The translations under genes and the position numbers were made by a program. Under the pieces are notes generated by a model that saw nothing but the letters and a program-made list of their open reading frames with translations, was not told the origin of the DNA and searched no databases. This document shows positions 27,562 through 38,762 of a stretch of DNA of 64,000 nt, one piece after another. Numbering within the stretch: position 1 is the stretch's first letter; each line of letters begins with the position of its first letter. The stretch comes from Anaerolineales bacterium (GTDB taxonomy: Bacteria; Chloroflexota; Anaerolineae; Anaerolineales; DRMV01), in the NCBI GenBank assembly GCA_027023425.1, contig JALVVL010000036.1, forward strand, positions 21,027-85,026. The letters run 5' to 3'.

Positions 27562-27960
27562 TCAACCTTTTGTTTCAATCAACAGCGAGCGAATCGCCTC
27601 TATAAAATTTGCAGTGGCTTCTATCAACGGGGCAACTTTTTCTTTCTCCAGCAAAACAAAGTCTAAATAGTCCCCTTCCTGCCGTAAGTCAAAAAGTTGA
27701 TTGTAAAGCCTGCCCATATCCTTTGATATTTTCCCGGTTTTGACATAATGCCGATTAAACAACGCCTTGACCCCGCTGTGTTTGGCTGCGGTGAGCCCTT
27801 CTTTTGCCAGCAAGGCGGAGACTGCATAAAAAGCCGCATAGTACAGGCGATTGGCACAGGCGTTCCAATGCCCTATGCTTCCCATTACCCGTGCTTCTTC
27901 CAGCGTTTCTCCCGCCCGTCGCAAACGATATTCCACTAACTCTCGTATTACATCTTTCAT
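27562..27960 (-). CDS. HEPN domain protein (toxin partner of MNT-HEPN pair)
   Basis: RLYYAAFYAVSALLAKEGLTAAKHSGVKALFNRHYVKTGKISKDMGRLYNQLFDLRQEGDY matches the common HEPN (PF05168-type) layout. Its start overlaps the MNT stop (ATGA). Confidence 0.85.
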   Translation of the reverse strand: MKDVIRELVEYRLRRAGETLEEARVMGSIGHWNACANRLYYAAFYAVSALLAKEGLTAAKHSGVKALFNRHYVKTGKISKDMGRLYNQLFDLRQEGDYLDFVLLEKEKVAPLIEATANFIEAIRSLLIETKG

Positions 27961-28292
27961 ACCGCTATTCCGTCCCTCTCTATTTCTCGGCGGAACGGTG
28001 TAATCTCATATCGCTCCGATAGCCACTCTTGTCTGCTCAGAATAATACTGCTCAACACGGTGTCTGTCTCTAATTCAACGTCGTACAACCGATCTCTTAT
28101 TTGCCTTTCCAAATCACTCTCTGCGGGGGATGGCAACAAGATTAAAAAATCCCAATCCGAATCCGCACGTGCCGTTCCTCTGGCTCGGGAGCCATACAAA
28201 ATGATTTCCGCATCGGGCACTAACTCCCGAACAGCCTCTTTTACCAGCCGGAGCAGTTCTTCTCTTTTTATCGCCTCTTCTCTCATTTCCAT
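27957..28292 (-). CDS. minimal nucleotidyltransferase (MNT) domain protein (antitoxin partner)
   Basis: ATG at 28292 (MEMREEAIK). LYGSRARGTARADSDWDFLILL is the GSxxRG...DxD nucleotidyltransferase signature. The longer ORF-track version (to 28514) reads through a REP-like repeat. Confidence 0.85.
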   Translation of the reverse strand: MEMREEAIKREELLRLVKEAVRELVPDAEIILYGSRARGTARADSDWDFLILLPSPAESDLERQIRDRLYDVELETDTVLSSIILSRQEWLSERYEITPFRREIERDGIAV

Positions 28293-28312
28293 TTGCTTAC
28301 TCTCTTTGTTCG

Positions 28313-28426
28313 CCCGGCGACTGAAGTCGCAGGCCACAAGCTGCAAAGTCCACCTGTGTGGACTTTGCAGTCGCCGTAGGGCGACTTTGCAAGTAGTAGG
28401 TGCGGTTTCAACTGCCGCCGCTTGCG
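28313..28426 (-). repeat. Family B REP-like element, copy B2 (module order swapped)
   Basis: Both Family B modules are present in the opposite relative order. It lies between the parA stop (28429) and the MNT start (28292). Confidence 0.7.
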
Positions 28427-28428
28427 CC

Positions 28429-29211
28429 TTACTTATTTTCTGCGGCTTCATCCTGCTGCAAAATTTCTTCCGCCAGAGAGCGGTAGGCGCGCGCTCCGCG
28501 CGATTCCGGCGCATACGCCAAAATTGGCAGGCCGTAGGAAGGCGCTTCTGCCAGCCGCACGCTCCGCGGAATCACTGTGTTGAAAACTTTGTTTGGGAAG
28601 TGCTTTTTCACCTCGGCGACCACGTCGGCGGCGAGGCGGGTGCGGGCGTCAAACATGGTGAGTACCACGCCACGCACGTCCAACTCTGGCGCGAGCGCGC
28701 GCTTCACCTTTTGCAGGGTTTGGGTCAGCAAGCCCAGCCCTTCCAGCGCCAGATATTCGCACTGCACCGGAATCAACACGCCGTCCTTAGCCGCCACCAA
28801 CCCGTTTATGGTGAGCAACCCCAACGAGGGTGGGCAGTCAATCAGGATGTAGTCGTAGCGGTCAACGATGGGCGCGAGCGCCTGCTTGAGGCGGCTTTCG
28901 CGCGCCAACTCATTCACCAGTTCAACCTCCGCGCCTGCGAGCGATGGCGAAGAGGGCAAAAGCGAGATTTTGAGGCGCGGGTTGTGCAAAATCAGCGGTA
29001 CGGCGGGCGAATCGCCCAAGAGCACCTCATATACTCCGCCGCGCAGGCGGTACTTATCCACCCCAAGGCTGGAGGTGGCGTTTGCCTGCGGGTCTAAATC
29101 CACCAATAGCACCTTCTTGCCAAATGCGGCCAAGTAGGCGCTCAGGTTTATGGCGGTGGTGGTTTTGCCAACGCCGCCTTTTTGGTTTACGAGGGTGTAA
29201 ATCCGCGCCAT
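28429..29211 (-). CDS. parA: chromosome partitioning ATPase ParA/Soj
   Basis: Deviant Walker A NQKGGVGKTTTAINL, followed by LVDLDPQANAT. Confidence 0.92.
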   Translation of the reverse strand: MARIYTLVNQKGGVGKTTTAINLSAYLAAFGKKVLLVDLDPQANATSSLGVDKYRLRGGVYEVLLGDSPAVPLILHNPRLKISLLPSSPSLAGAEVELVNELARESRLKQALAPIVDRYDYILIDCPPSLGLLTINGLVAAKDGVLIPVQCEYLALEGLGLLTQTLQKVKRALAPELDVRGVVLTMFDARTRLAADVVAEVKKHFPNKVFNTVIPRSVRLAEAPSYGLPILAYAPESRGARAYRSLAEEILQQDEAAENK

Positions 29212-29218
29212 GATGAAC

Positions 29219-30040
29219 CTACGCCTTCAACACGGTGCGCACGCGTTCGGGGGAAGGGACGCTCTGCAGGCCGCGGCGGGTTACCGAATCGGCGGCTAAG
29301 GCGGTGGCGAAGTGCGCCGATTCTATCGGGTCGCGGGTGTGGTAAAGGCGGATGAAGAACGCCGCGGCGAAAATATCGCCCGCGCCGGTTGAATCCACAA
29401 CGGGCACTTCCGGCGCAGGAATGGGGATGCGCTCGTTTTCCCAGAAAAGCGTTGCGCCGCGCGCCCCGTGGGTTAGCACCAGCACCTGCACGGCTTCGGT
29501 CAGTGCGTTCAGGTCGCAGCCCTGCGGCAGGTCTTCATCGCTCAACACGACCGCGGAAGCAAAGCCGAGCACCGCGGCGGCGTTTTCCCATTCAGCGGCG
29601 CGCACAACGCCACTTTCGTCCCAGCGGCGCATCCAACCCTGCGGCGTAACGCCGACAAAGCGTCCCGCAAAGCGTTGGGCGATTTCAGACGCGACCTCCT
29701 GCGCTATCGGGGCAAGGTGCACAATTGGGGCGCGCTCCCACGCGGGCGGAAGCGGCGCATCCGGCGGGATGGGGGCAGCGCGCGCCAAAAGCCGCAATGT
29801 GCGGCCGTGCTCGGTTTCTTCCAGTGCGAAGGTGGTCGTCTCCGCCGCGGGGATTACCTGCCGCGGGATTTGAGCCAGCGCCTTGTCGGCATAGCCCTCA
29901 GCGTAGGAAGTGAGCACCGCGGCGCGCAAGCCGAGGGCGCGCGCGGTCAACGAAGCGTAAGAAACGCTACCGCCCACGCGCTCGCCTTCTGCTGTCAGGT
30001 CGCGGCTCACATGCCCGATTGCGAGGTAGTCAACGCCCAT
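29219..30040 (-). CDS. PfkB-family kinase
   Basis: VDSTGAGDIFAAAFF C-terminal signature and GGSVSYASLTARALG N-terminal motif. Confidence 0.75.
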   Translation of the reverse strand: MGVDYLAIGHVSRDLTAEGERVGGSVSYASLTARALGLRAAVLTSYAEGYADKALAQIPRQVIPAAETTTFALEETEHGRTLRLLARAAPIPPDAPLPPAWERAPIVHLAPIAQEVASEIAQRFAGRFVGVTPQGWMRRWDESGVVRAAEWENAAAVLGFASAVVLSDEDLPQGCDLNALTEAVQVLVLTHGARGATLFWENERIPIPAPEVPVVDSTGAGDIFAAAFFIRLYHTRDPIESAHFATALAADSVTRRGLQSVPSPERVRTVLKA

Positions 30041-30098
30041 GCAGAAATTATACCTGAGGTTTCAAGATAAAACGGTGGGCTCGCTTTCCGCTCCCGAG

Positions 30099-30143
30099 CA
30101 AAACCAAAAGCGGGGCTTGGGACAAGGCGTCCCAAACCCCGCT
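30099..30143 (-). terminator. intrinsic terminator downstream of proS
   Basis: On the minus strand: AGCGGGGTTTGGGAC-GCCTT-GTCCCAAGCCCCGCT (15-bp stem, one mismatch) followed by TTTGGTTTTG. Confidence 0.7.
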
Positions 30144-30185
30144 CTAAAGACACGCAGAGCGGCTGCCAACGGCAACCGCCGCGGC

Positions 30186-31664
<1,479 letters not shown>

Positions 31665-31687
31665 TTACGATTTTACCAAATCGGCGC

Positions 31688-31912
31688 TTACTTGCCCAAC
31701 CAGCGCGCCAGCAGGTTGAAGAGCACGGTGAGCACAACCGAGAGCAGCAGCGAAGTTGCCAGCGGGAAAACGCAGGTGAAGTTGCCGCGCTGGTAAACAA
31801 TGTCGCCGGGGAGCCGCCCCAGCGGGAGCCAGCGGCTGAAAATCAAAATCAGCAAGCCGATGAGGAAGATGAATGCGCCGGTGAACATCAGCCATCGCGC
31901 AATCTGGCTCAT
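31688..31912 (-). CDS. DUF2905 family small membrane protein
   Basis: 74 aa, two TM segments, LPGDIVYQRGNFTCVFPLATSLLLSVVLTVLFNL is typical of DUF2905. It lies downstream of ruvB. Confidence 0.7.
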   Translation of the reverse strand: MSQIARWLMFTGAFIFLIGLLILIFSRWLPLGRLPGDIVYQRGNFTCVFPLATSLLLSVVLTVLFNLLARWLGK

Positions 31913-31939
31913 GGCTCACCTCCGGAGCAAGGTTGAGGC

Positions 31940-32959
31940 TCACAAAAGCCGCTTTTGAGCGTCTTCGGGCGGGGTGAGGCCGAGGTGGTGGTATGCCGCG
32001 GCGGTGGCAACCCGTCCCTGCGCCGTCCTTTCCAAAAAACCCAAGCGCAAAAGGTAAGGCTCAACTACTTCCATGATGGTATCGGGGGCTTCGCTCACCG
32101 AAGCGGCAATGGTACTCAACCCCACCGGACCGCCGTGGTATTTTTCAATGATTGTGCGGAGCACGCGGCGGTCAACCTCATCCAAGCCCAAAGGGTCAAC
32201 GTTGAGCAGGTCTAAGGCTTGGCGGGCAATTTGGAGGGTGATTTTGCCCTCGCCGCGCACTTGGGCGAAATCGCGCACGCGGCGGAGCAGGCGCAGGGCG
32301 ACGCGCGGGGTGCCACGCGCCCGCCGCGCAATCTCGGCTATGCCGCCGGGCTCGGCTTCAACGCCCAAAGCGGCGGCGGCGCGCTCCACAATTTGCTCCA
32401 TTGCCTCGTGCGAGTAAAAATCCAGCCGATAGACCGCGCCAAAGCGGGCGCGGAGCGGGGCAGTTACCAGCGCGAGCCTTGTGGTCGCCCCAACCACCGT
32501 GAAGCGGGGCAGGCGCAACCTCACCGACCGCGCCGCCGGCCCTTTGCCTATCACGATGTCCAGCGCAAAATCCTCCATTGCCGGATAGAGGATCTCCTCC
32601 ACCGCCCTGCCAAGGCGGTGGACTTCGTCAATGAACAAGATATCGCCGGCGCGCAAATTGGTGAGGATGGCGGCGAGGTCGCCCGGGCGCTCAATTGCCG
32701 GGCCGGAAGTGACTTTGATGTCTACCCCCATTTCGTGGGCTAAAATGTGCGCCAGCGTGGTTTTGCCGAGGCCGGGAGGGCCGTAAAAGAGAACGTGGTC
32801 CAATGGCTCGCCGCGCTTTTTCGCCGCGGCGATAAGGATGGCAAGGTTTTCTTTGACGGATTCCTGCCCGATGAGGTCATGCAGGCGTTGCGGGCGGAGG
32901 GCGTAATCGCGGTCGGTTGGCTGCGCCTGAGGGCTCACAACGCGCCGTTTTTCTTCCAT
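31940..32959 (-). CDS. ruvB: Holliday junction branch migration helicase RuvB
   Basis: [12 protein letters not shown], Walker [12 protein letters not shown] and FIDEVHRL. Confidence 0.95.
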   Translation of the reverse strand: MEEKRRVVSPQAQPTDRDYALRPQRLHDLIGQESVKENLAILIAAAKKRGEPLDHVLFYGPPGLGKTTLAHILAHEMGVDIKVTSGPAIERPGDLAAILTNLRAGDILFIDEVHRLGRAVEEILYPAMEDFALDIVIGKGPAARSVRLRLPRFTVVGATTRLALVTAPLRARFGAVYRLDFYSHEAMEQIVERAAAALGVEAEPGGIAEIARRARGTPRVALRLLRRVRDFAQVRGEGKITLQIARQALDLLNVDPLGLDEVDRRVLRTIIEKYHGGPVGLSTIAASVSEAPDTIMEVVEPYLLRLGFLERTAQGRVATAAAYHHLGLTPPEDAQKRLL

Positions 32960-33079
32960 GCGGCGGATTATAACATGCCGCCTATGGCGCGGCTGATGAA
33001 GAGCGCGCCATCACCGCCGCGCACAGTGAAACCGCCTCACTTCCCCCAAAATCCGCAAAACGCAAACCCGCTCAGTAAG

Positions 33080-33233
33080 AGGAGTTACGCAGTTACCCTG
33101 CTTTGTGTCGCTGCGAGGCGGTCGTAGACCGCTGAAGCAGTCTCCTACACCGTCTGGGGGATGGCTTCGCCGCCTATGGCGGCTCGCCATGACATGAAAA
33201 TGAGCGCTTTTACGAGCAACTGCGTAAGTCCTG
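33080..33233 (-). mobile_element. Family A MITE-like element, copy A4
   Basis: Reverse orientation. Flanking direct repeat TCAGTAAG (33072-33079 and 33234-33241). Confidence 0.75.
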
Positions 33234-33296
33234 TCAGTAAGAGGGGTTTAAAACTTCAGGGCGGGGATGAACCCCGCCCAAACGCGCTCCACAAAA

Positions 33297-33701
33297 TCAG
33301 TATTCAATCACCCGCGGCAACGACTTAGCCTGATTGACCCAATCGGCTACTTGCTTAGGAGTGGGCAATCGCCGCACCAGTTTTTTCTCTTCGTTTATTG
33401 CCACAAGGGCTTTGTACAAATTCTCAGGATTGCGCCGTGCCAACTCGGGCACCGTATCCACGCCGGCTTGTTCAAGGAGTTCCGCATATTCCGAGCCAAT
33501 ACCCTTAATGCGATGAAGGTCTGCATGGTTCACCCAAGTGAGGATGAGGTCAGGGGAAATGCCGGTTGCTTCGGCAATCTCTTTTCTGCCTTGCGGCGTA
33601 GAGCCTTTTTTCAGCAACGCATCGGTGCTGGCAATTCCAGCGGCGCGGAGTTTTTCCGCATAAGCAGGGCCAATACCTTCTATAAATTCCAATTTAGCCA
33701 T
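33297..33701 (-). CDS. DUF4332 domain protein (tandem helix-hairpin-helix)
   Basis: Repeated IEGIGPAYAEKL / IKGIGSEYAELL HhH units. Confidence 0.75.
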   Translation of the reverse strand: MAKLEFIEGIGPAYAEKLRAAGIASTDALLKKGSTPQGRKEIAEATGISPDLILTWVNHADLHRIKGIGSEYAELLEQAGVDTVPELARRNPENLYKALVAINEEKKLVRRLPTPKQVADWVNQAKSLPRVIEY

Positions 33702-33936
33702 TTTACACCTCCAACACTGGTTAGACGGCTGGCCGGCCGTCTGGATGATTTAGTCAAATTGTACCACTTTAGTAACACTTGGTGTACAGCCAACCCCGAT
33801 AATGATCCGAATAATGAGGTGCTTCTCTCATTCTGAGCCCCCTCGCGGTGCTTGGCGCGGGCTCCGGGGAAAAGTAATCCTCTGGTCGCCTGCGACTCAT
33901 TGCAAGCCGCTGTGTTTGCCCCACGCCCCCAGCACC

Positions 33937-34039
33937 GTAGGGCGACTTTGCAGGCGGTAGGTGTAGTTTCAACCGCCGCCGCTTGCCCGGCCACAGAAGT
34001 CGTAGGCTATAGGTTGCGAAGTCCACCCGCGTGGACTTC
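33937..34039 (-). repeat. Family B REP-like element, copy B3
   Basis: GTAGGGCGACTTTGCAGGCGGTAGGTGTAGTTTCAACCGCCGCCGC ... GAAGTCCACCCGCGTGGACTTC. The boundaries are approximate. Confidence 0.7.
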
Positions 34040-34136
34040 TGCCCGCATTGCGCCGAAGTGTGTGCCCTTGCTTACATGGTGGGTAGGCAGTTGCGAAGAA
34101 AGAGCACAAAAATCAACAGCCAAAGCCGCAAATTTT

Positions 34137-34145
34137 TGATAAAAT
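34137..34145 (+). promoter_or_regulatory. extended -10-like element upstream of the diguanylate cyclase gene
   Basis: TGaTAAAAT, 48 nt upstream of the ATG at 34193. Confidence 0.3.
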
Positions 34146-34192
34146 AGTCCCCCACATAACGCCTTTTCAAGAACCTACTTTCTTTATTTGCA

Positions 34193-36310
34193 ATGTCCCC
34201 TTCACACGCGGCAATCCAGAGGCACATCCTTAAGCAAGCACGCATCCTCACCAAGGTACGCTGGTGGGCGATTTTCCTATTGTTAATTTTGGTTTTGCTA
34301 GCGTGGTGGCAAGATACAGTGCCAGTGCGTTTGGCAACGTTTAGCATCGGCATTCTGCTTGCCATGGCTGCCATAAACGGCTTAGGCACAGTGCTTTACA
34401 ACGGGCATCAACAGGGGAAGATTCCGAGACGCTATTACGGGCGCTTAGTGTTATTTTCCTACTTTCATTCCGCTACAGATTTGCTGTTTATTTTTGCAAT
34501 CATTCACCTAACCGGCGGGCCTTACAGTCCCGCATTTTTGTTGCTTCCAATATACTTGGGTGTAATCGCCCTGAATTATTCACAGGATGGGACTGTCTGG
34601 GCTTTCGTTTCCATCAGTGCCGTGCTGTGGATTGCCTTGCGATGGCTCTATTTCAAACACCTTCTCCCTTACAATTTGGCATTAGCGCCACTACCCGTCA
34701 CGACGGGTAAGCAATTGGCAATTCCCCGGCTAACTATAAGCACAGCGGTGCAGGTTGCTTTGATGTACGCCACCGCGGCCATCGTGCTTGTCCAATCAAA
34801 GCGTTTGAGAAAGTGGTGGGATAGGTCTCGCTCTCAACACCTTGTTATCTCAAAATTGCACGATTTGGGTACGGCGGGGCTGAAGTCCAGATCGCTGCCG
34901 GAGGCGGCAAATACCCTTGCCGCGCAGGTGGCCGAGATGTTAGAAGCCGATAGCGCCTTTATCGCCATCTGGGAGCCGGAAAGGCAGTGTATTCACCCAT
35001 TAGGCGCTTACGGCTGCAACGCCAAAGAATTTCTTTCTAAAGGATGTTACACGCCCGGGGAAGAACTTATCCATCAAACCAAGCCTTTTTGGTTACCAAT
35101 AGAGCGGCTAAATCAAATTTTGTTCACACCCGGGCAAGGGAAAAAAGCGGGCTTCAAGGCAAGCCTCGCTCTACCGTTGCACGACCCAACTACGGGGGAA
35201 TTTGTAGGGATGGCGTGCGTTGGTTATCTAAATAAGGTGCAAACGTCGGAGCAAATGTTGGAATGGTTGCCGCAAATTTCCACCACACTTTCGCTGCTGA
35301 TCTCAAAATCAATCGCCGCAGAGCAGAAGCAACGGCATTTGCTCTTACTCCAAAATCTCTCCGACCACGCCTGCTATTTGAGCACACTACTGGATAAAGA
35401 GCAAATCTTGATATCGGCTGTAGAGAGCGGGAAGAAACTCCTGAACGCCTACGCGGGAAGCATACTTACTTTTTCTTCTTCCACTCAAAAAGCCGAATGC
35501 CTTTACAAAGATGAGCTTCTGCCGTCGGATTATGTGCAAAGCGTGCTGACCAATTTTCGTTCCACCCCTATCTTTGCCCTGCTGTTAGGAGAAAAAGAGG
35601 TAATAATCCCAGATATGGCAAACTGCAATTTGCCTAACGAGATAAAAGAAAAAGCCCTGAACGCCAAACTTCGGGCCATGGCCGCGTTTCCCATGCTAAT
35701 ATCAAAAGGCACTTTGGGGATACTAATTTTTTATTGGAATGAGCCACATTACTTGACGGAGGAAGAGCGAGCAGTGGGCAAGTTGTGGGCTAACCGCGTC
35801 GGCACAGCGATCTACAACGCCTCGCTCTATGAAAGCCTACGACGAGAATCTATGACCGACCCCCTTACCGACTTGCTCAATCGCAGAGCGTTAGATAAAG
35901 CATTGATGCAAGAATGGAAACGCGCCGAAAGGTACAAACGCCCCTTTGCCGTGGTGATGATAGACGTGGACAACTTCAAAACAGTCAATGATAGTTACGG
36001 GCACTTAGTAGGCGATAATGTGCTCAAAAACCTGGCTGCCTTGCTCAGCCAGACCTTGCGCGAAACCGACATAATCGGCAGATGGGGAGGGGATGAGTTT
36101 CTCGTCATCCTGCCAGAAACTGGTCAAGAAGAAGCACAAATCGTGCTTGAGAAACTGTATAACAGCATAGTGCACGCCCCCTCACTCTCTGCCTTTGAAA
36201 TAGAATTGACTTTCTCTTTCGGCACCGCCGTCTATCCGGACGATGCCGATAACCCCGAAGACCTTGTTTCCGTGGCCGATAAACGGATGTACAGCTACAA
36301 ATACTCTTAA
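34193..36310 (+). CDS. membrane-bound diguanylate cyclase (TM region, GAF-like regions, GGDEF)
   Basis: N-terminal polytopic region. C-terminal DPLTDLLNRRAL ... DVDNFKTVNDSYGHLVGD ... RWGGDEFLVILP. Confidence 0.85.
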   Translation: MSPSHAAIQRHILKQARILTKVRWWAIFLLLILVLLAWWQDTVPVRLATFSIGILLAMAAINGLGTVLYNGHQQGKIPRRYYGRLVLFSYFHSATDLLFIFAIIHLTGGPYSPAFLLLPIYLGVIALNYSQDGTVWAFVSISAVLWIALRWLYFKHLLPYNLALAPLPVTTGKQLAIPRLTISTAVQVALMYATAAIVLVQSKRLRKWWDRSRSQHLVISKLHDLGTAGLKSRSLPEAANTLAAQVAEMLEADSAFIAIWEPERQCIHPLGAYGCNAKEFLSKGCYTPGEELIHQTKPFWLPIERLNQILFTPGQGKKAGFKASLALPLHDPTTGEFVGMACVGYLNKVQTSEQMLEWLPQISTTLSLLISKSIAAEQKQRHLLLLQNLSDHACYLSTLLDKEQILISAVESGKKLLNAYAGSILTFSSSTQKAECLYKDELLPSDYVQSVLTNFRSTPIFALLLGEKEVIIPDMANCNLPNEIKEKALNAKLRAMAAFPMLISKGTLGILIFYWNEPHYLTEEERAVGKLWANRVGTAIYNASLYESLRRESMTDPLTDLLNRRALDKALMQEWKRAERYKRPFAVVMIDVDNFKTVNDSYGHLVGDNVLKNLAALLSQTLRETDIIGRWGGDEFLVILPETGQEEAQIVLEKLYNSIVHAPSLSAFEIELTFSFGTAVYPDDADNPEDLVSVADKRMYSYKYS

Positions 36311-36337
36311 AGCCTATCCAAAAATTCTTTGTGGGCG

Positions 36338-36425
36338 TGTCACTGCGAGGCGGCGGAGCCTCCTAAGCAATTTCCCGACCCAACAAAAGTGGGATTGCTT
36401 CGCCCCTTCGGGGCTCGCAATGACA
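36338..36425 (-). repeat. Family F palindromic element, copy F2
   Basis: The reverse complement reads TGTCATTGCGAGCCCCGAAGGGGCGAAGCAATC...CCGCCTCGCAGTGACA. It lies adjacent to A5. Confidence 0.7.
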
Positions 36426-36467
36426 CCGCCACGATATTTTTCGGGTAGATTCTTAGGGGAGTAAGGA

Positions 36468-36622
36468 TAGGACTTACACGGTTGCTGGTAGAAGCGCGCG
36501 TTTTCATGTCATGGCGAGCCGCCATAGGCGGCGAAGCCATCCCCCAGACAGTTGGGGGGACCGCTTTGGCAGTCTACGGCTGCCTCGCGGTGACATGAAG
36601 CAGGAGAACTGTGTAACTCCTA
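36468..36622 (+). mobile_element. Family A MITE-like element, copy A5
   Basis: T-AGGACTTACACGGTT ... AACTGTGTAACTCCT-A. Perfect 5-bp duplication AAGGA (36463-36467 and 36623-36627). Confidence 0.8.
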
Positions 36623-36628
36623 AAGGAT

Positions 36629-36958
36629 TTACTTCCCTGTGCCAACCGCATCAACAATCAAGCCTGCGCCGTAGCCAAGCATGGCTGCGCCGATTACGCT
36701 CACCCATGCCCAATTGGCAATGCTGCTGCCGAGCGCGGCTACACCCACAAAGAGCACGGTAAAGGCCAGAGCATAACTGCCTTTTTTCCCTTTCCGTTTA
36801 GTTTGGGCCGTAGCATAGGTCATATCAAGTCCTAAAGCGATAACAAGCACCGGCCACCACGCCCAAATTGCGGGCAAAGCCATTCCCATTGAATGCCCCA
36901 AAAAGACTAAACCTAAGAAAATCAGCACAACACCCCAAAACACTTGCCTTGCACTCAT
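36629..36958 (-). CDS. hypothetical small membrane protein
   Basis: 109 aa, four hydrophobic segments, Lys-rich central loop. Confidence 0.5.
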   Translation of the reverse strand: MSARQVFWGVVLIFLGLVFLGHSMGMALPAIWAWWPVLVIALGLDMTYATAQTKRKGKKGSYALAFTVLFVGVAALGSSIANWAWVSVIGAAMLGYGAGLIVDAVGTGK

Positions 36959-37109
36959 GGTTTCACCTCCTTGGATTCGGGTTTGCTATATTTTACCTTA
37001 GGTACGACCAAGAAGGAAGCCTGCTTGGGCATTCTTCCCTCTTTTATGACTTTCGTAACTGCCTACCCCTCCTGTAAGCGATGGCCGGCACGTCATCGCG
37101 ACGCAAGTA

Positions 37110-37279
37110 GGAGTCCACGCAGGTGGACTTCGCAACTCGTAGCCCGTGACTTCAGTCGCCGGACGAAAGCGGCGGCAGTTGAAACTGCACCTACTGCCTG
37201 CGAAGTCGCCCTACGGCGGCTTTGCAGGGAGAGTAAGCCGAAAATGGCATGTCGCGCTCACACTCGCGTAGGTAATTAC
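37110..37279 (+). repeat. Family B REP-like element, copy B4
   Basis: GGAGTCCACGCAGGTGGACTTC ... GCGGCGGCAGTTGAAACTGCACCTACTGCCTGCGAAGTCGCCCTACGGCGGC ... CGCGTAGGTAATTAC. Confidence 0.75.
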
Positions 37280-37364
37280 TGACTTTCGGCACTTCCACCG
37301 CGTGCTACAATGAGAACAAACAACCCCACCGTCCTCGCCTGTCCACAAAAGCATGGAGGCTACA

Positions 37365-38753
37365 ATGAAAATCACGTTTCACGGAGCGACGCGCACCGTC
37401 ACCGGCTCGCGCCATTTGCTTGAAATAAACGGCAAACGCATTTTGCTGGAATGCGGCCTCTACCAAGGCCGCCGGAAGGACACTTATGAGCGCAATAGAA
37501 AATGCGGCTTTGACCCAAAGAGCATTGACGCTGTGCTCCTCTCGCACGCGCACATTGACCACAGCGGCAACTTGCCCTTGTTGGTGAAAAACGGCTATGA
37601 AGGGCCGGTTTATGCCACCTCTGCAACCGCCCACCTTGCCAACATTATGCTTTTGGATTCCGGCCACATCCAAGAAGACGATGTGAAATACCTAAACAAA
37701 AAGCGCCGCCGCAAGGGCTTGGAGCCGTTAGAGCCGCTCTACACGATAGACGACGCGGCGCGCGTCGCCGAGCACTTCGTCTCCATGCCCTACAACTACA
37801 CTTTTGAAGTTGTGCCCGGCGTGCGCGCCAAGTTTGTAGACGCGGGTCACATCCTCGGCTCGGCGGCAATAGTGCTGGATTTGGAAGAAAAAGGCCGCAA
37901 AGTGCGCCTTTGGTTTTCGGGCGACATTGGCCGCCGCCATATCCCCATTTTGCGTGACCCCGTCTTGCCCGATTACGCCGATTACCTGCTCATGGAATCC
38001 ACCTACGGCGATAAGCCGCACCGCGATGTGCAAGCCGCTTTTGAGGAATTGCGCGATGTTGTCAACCGCACCGTCAAGCGCGGTGGCAAAGTCATCGTTC
38101 CTTCATTCGCCGTCGGCCGCACTCAGGAACTCGTTTATGCCCTGCATCGCATGATTGAAAGCGGCGACATCCCCGAAATCCCGATAATTGTGGATAGCCC
38201 GCTGGCGGTCAATGCCTCTGAGATTTACCACGCCCATCCAGAGTGCTACAACGAAGAGGCGCGCAGAATGCTGCTGCGCGGCGACGATGTGCTTGGCTTT
38301 GGGCGCGTCACCTACATCCGCTCGGTGGAAGAATCCAAAGCCCTGAATGACCGCCACGATCCGATGGTCATCCTTTCCGCCTCAGGGATGGCAGAAACCG
38401 GCCGTATACTGCACCACCTCAAAAACAACATTGGCGACCCGCGCAACACAGTGCTCATCGTTTCATGGCAAGCGCCCAACACCTTAGGCCGCCGCTTGGC
38501 CGACCATGAGCCGGTGGTACGCATTTTCGGCGAGGAATACGAAGTGCGCGCCGAAGTGGTTACAATCAACGGCTTTTCAGCCCATGCCGGGCGGAATGGT
38601 TTGCTCAACTATGCCATGCGGCTCAAGGGACGCGTGAAGCGCGTTTTCATCGTGCACGGCGAGCCGCGCGGCGCTATGCCTCTCATTGAGGAATTGCAAA
38701 AACGCGGTTTCTCCGTCTCTTACCCCGAACTTGGAGATTCCTTCCGCCTGTGA
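37365..38753 (+). CDS. MBL-fold beta-CASP family hydrolase (RNA-metabolising type)
   Basis: GGAGG RBS and ATG at 37365. HAHIDHSGNLP metallo-beta-lactamase motif. A beta-CASP-like central region, and C-terminal GFSAHAG. Confidence 0.85.
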   Translation: MKITFHGATRTVTGSRHLLEINGKRILLECGLYQGRRKDTYERNRKCGFDPKSIDAVLLSHAHIDHSGNLPLLVKNGYEGPVYATSATAHLANIMLLDSGHIQEDDVKYLNKKRRRKGLEPLEPLYTIDDAARVAEHFVSMPYNYTFEVVPGVRAKFVDAGHILGSAAIVLDLEEKGRKVRLWFSGDIGRRHIPILRDPVLPDYADYLLMESTYGDKPHRDVQAAFEELRDVVNRTVKRGGKVIVPSFAVGRTQELVYALHRMIESGDIPEIPIIVDSPLAVNASEIYHAHPECYNEEARRMLLRGDDVLGFGRVTYIRSVEESKALNDRHDPMVILSASGMAETGRILHHLKNNIGDPRNTVLIVSWQAPNTLGRRLADHEPVVRIFGEEYEVRAEVVTINGFSAHAGRNGLLNYAMRLKGRVKRVFIVHGEPRGAMPLIEELQKRGFSVSYPELGDSFRL

Positions 38754-38762
38754 ACGGTTTGT

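Noticed and set aside
27957-28514. N-terminally extended gene models in the ORF track (27957-28514, 26663-27565, 47379-48359, 48936-49988, 51727-52722, 9327-10427, 61411-62898, 17351-18430, 43385-44680, 2456-5305)
   Set aside because: The extensions run through repeats or neighbouring genes. Internal ATGs with good GGAGG-type RBS coincide with the start of the conserved protein sequence.
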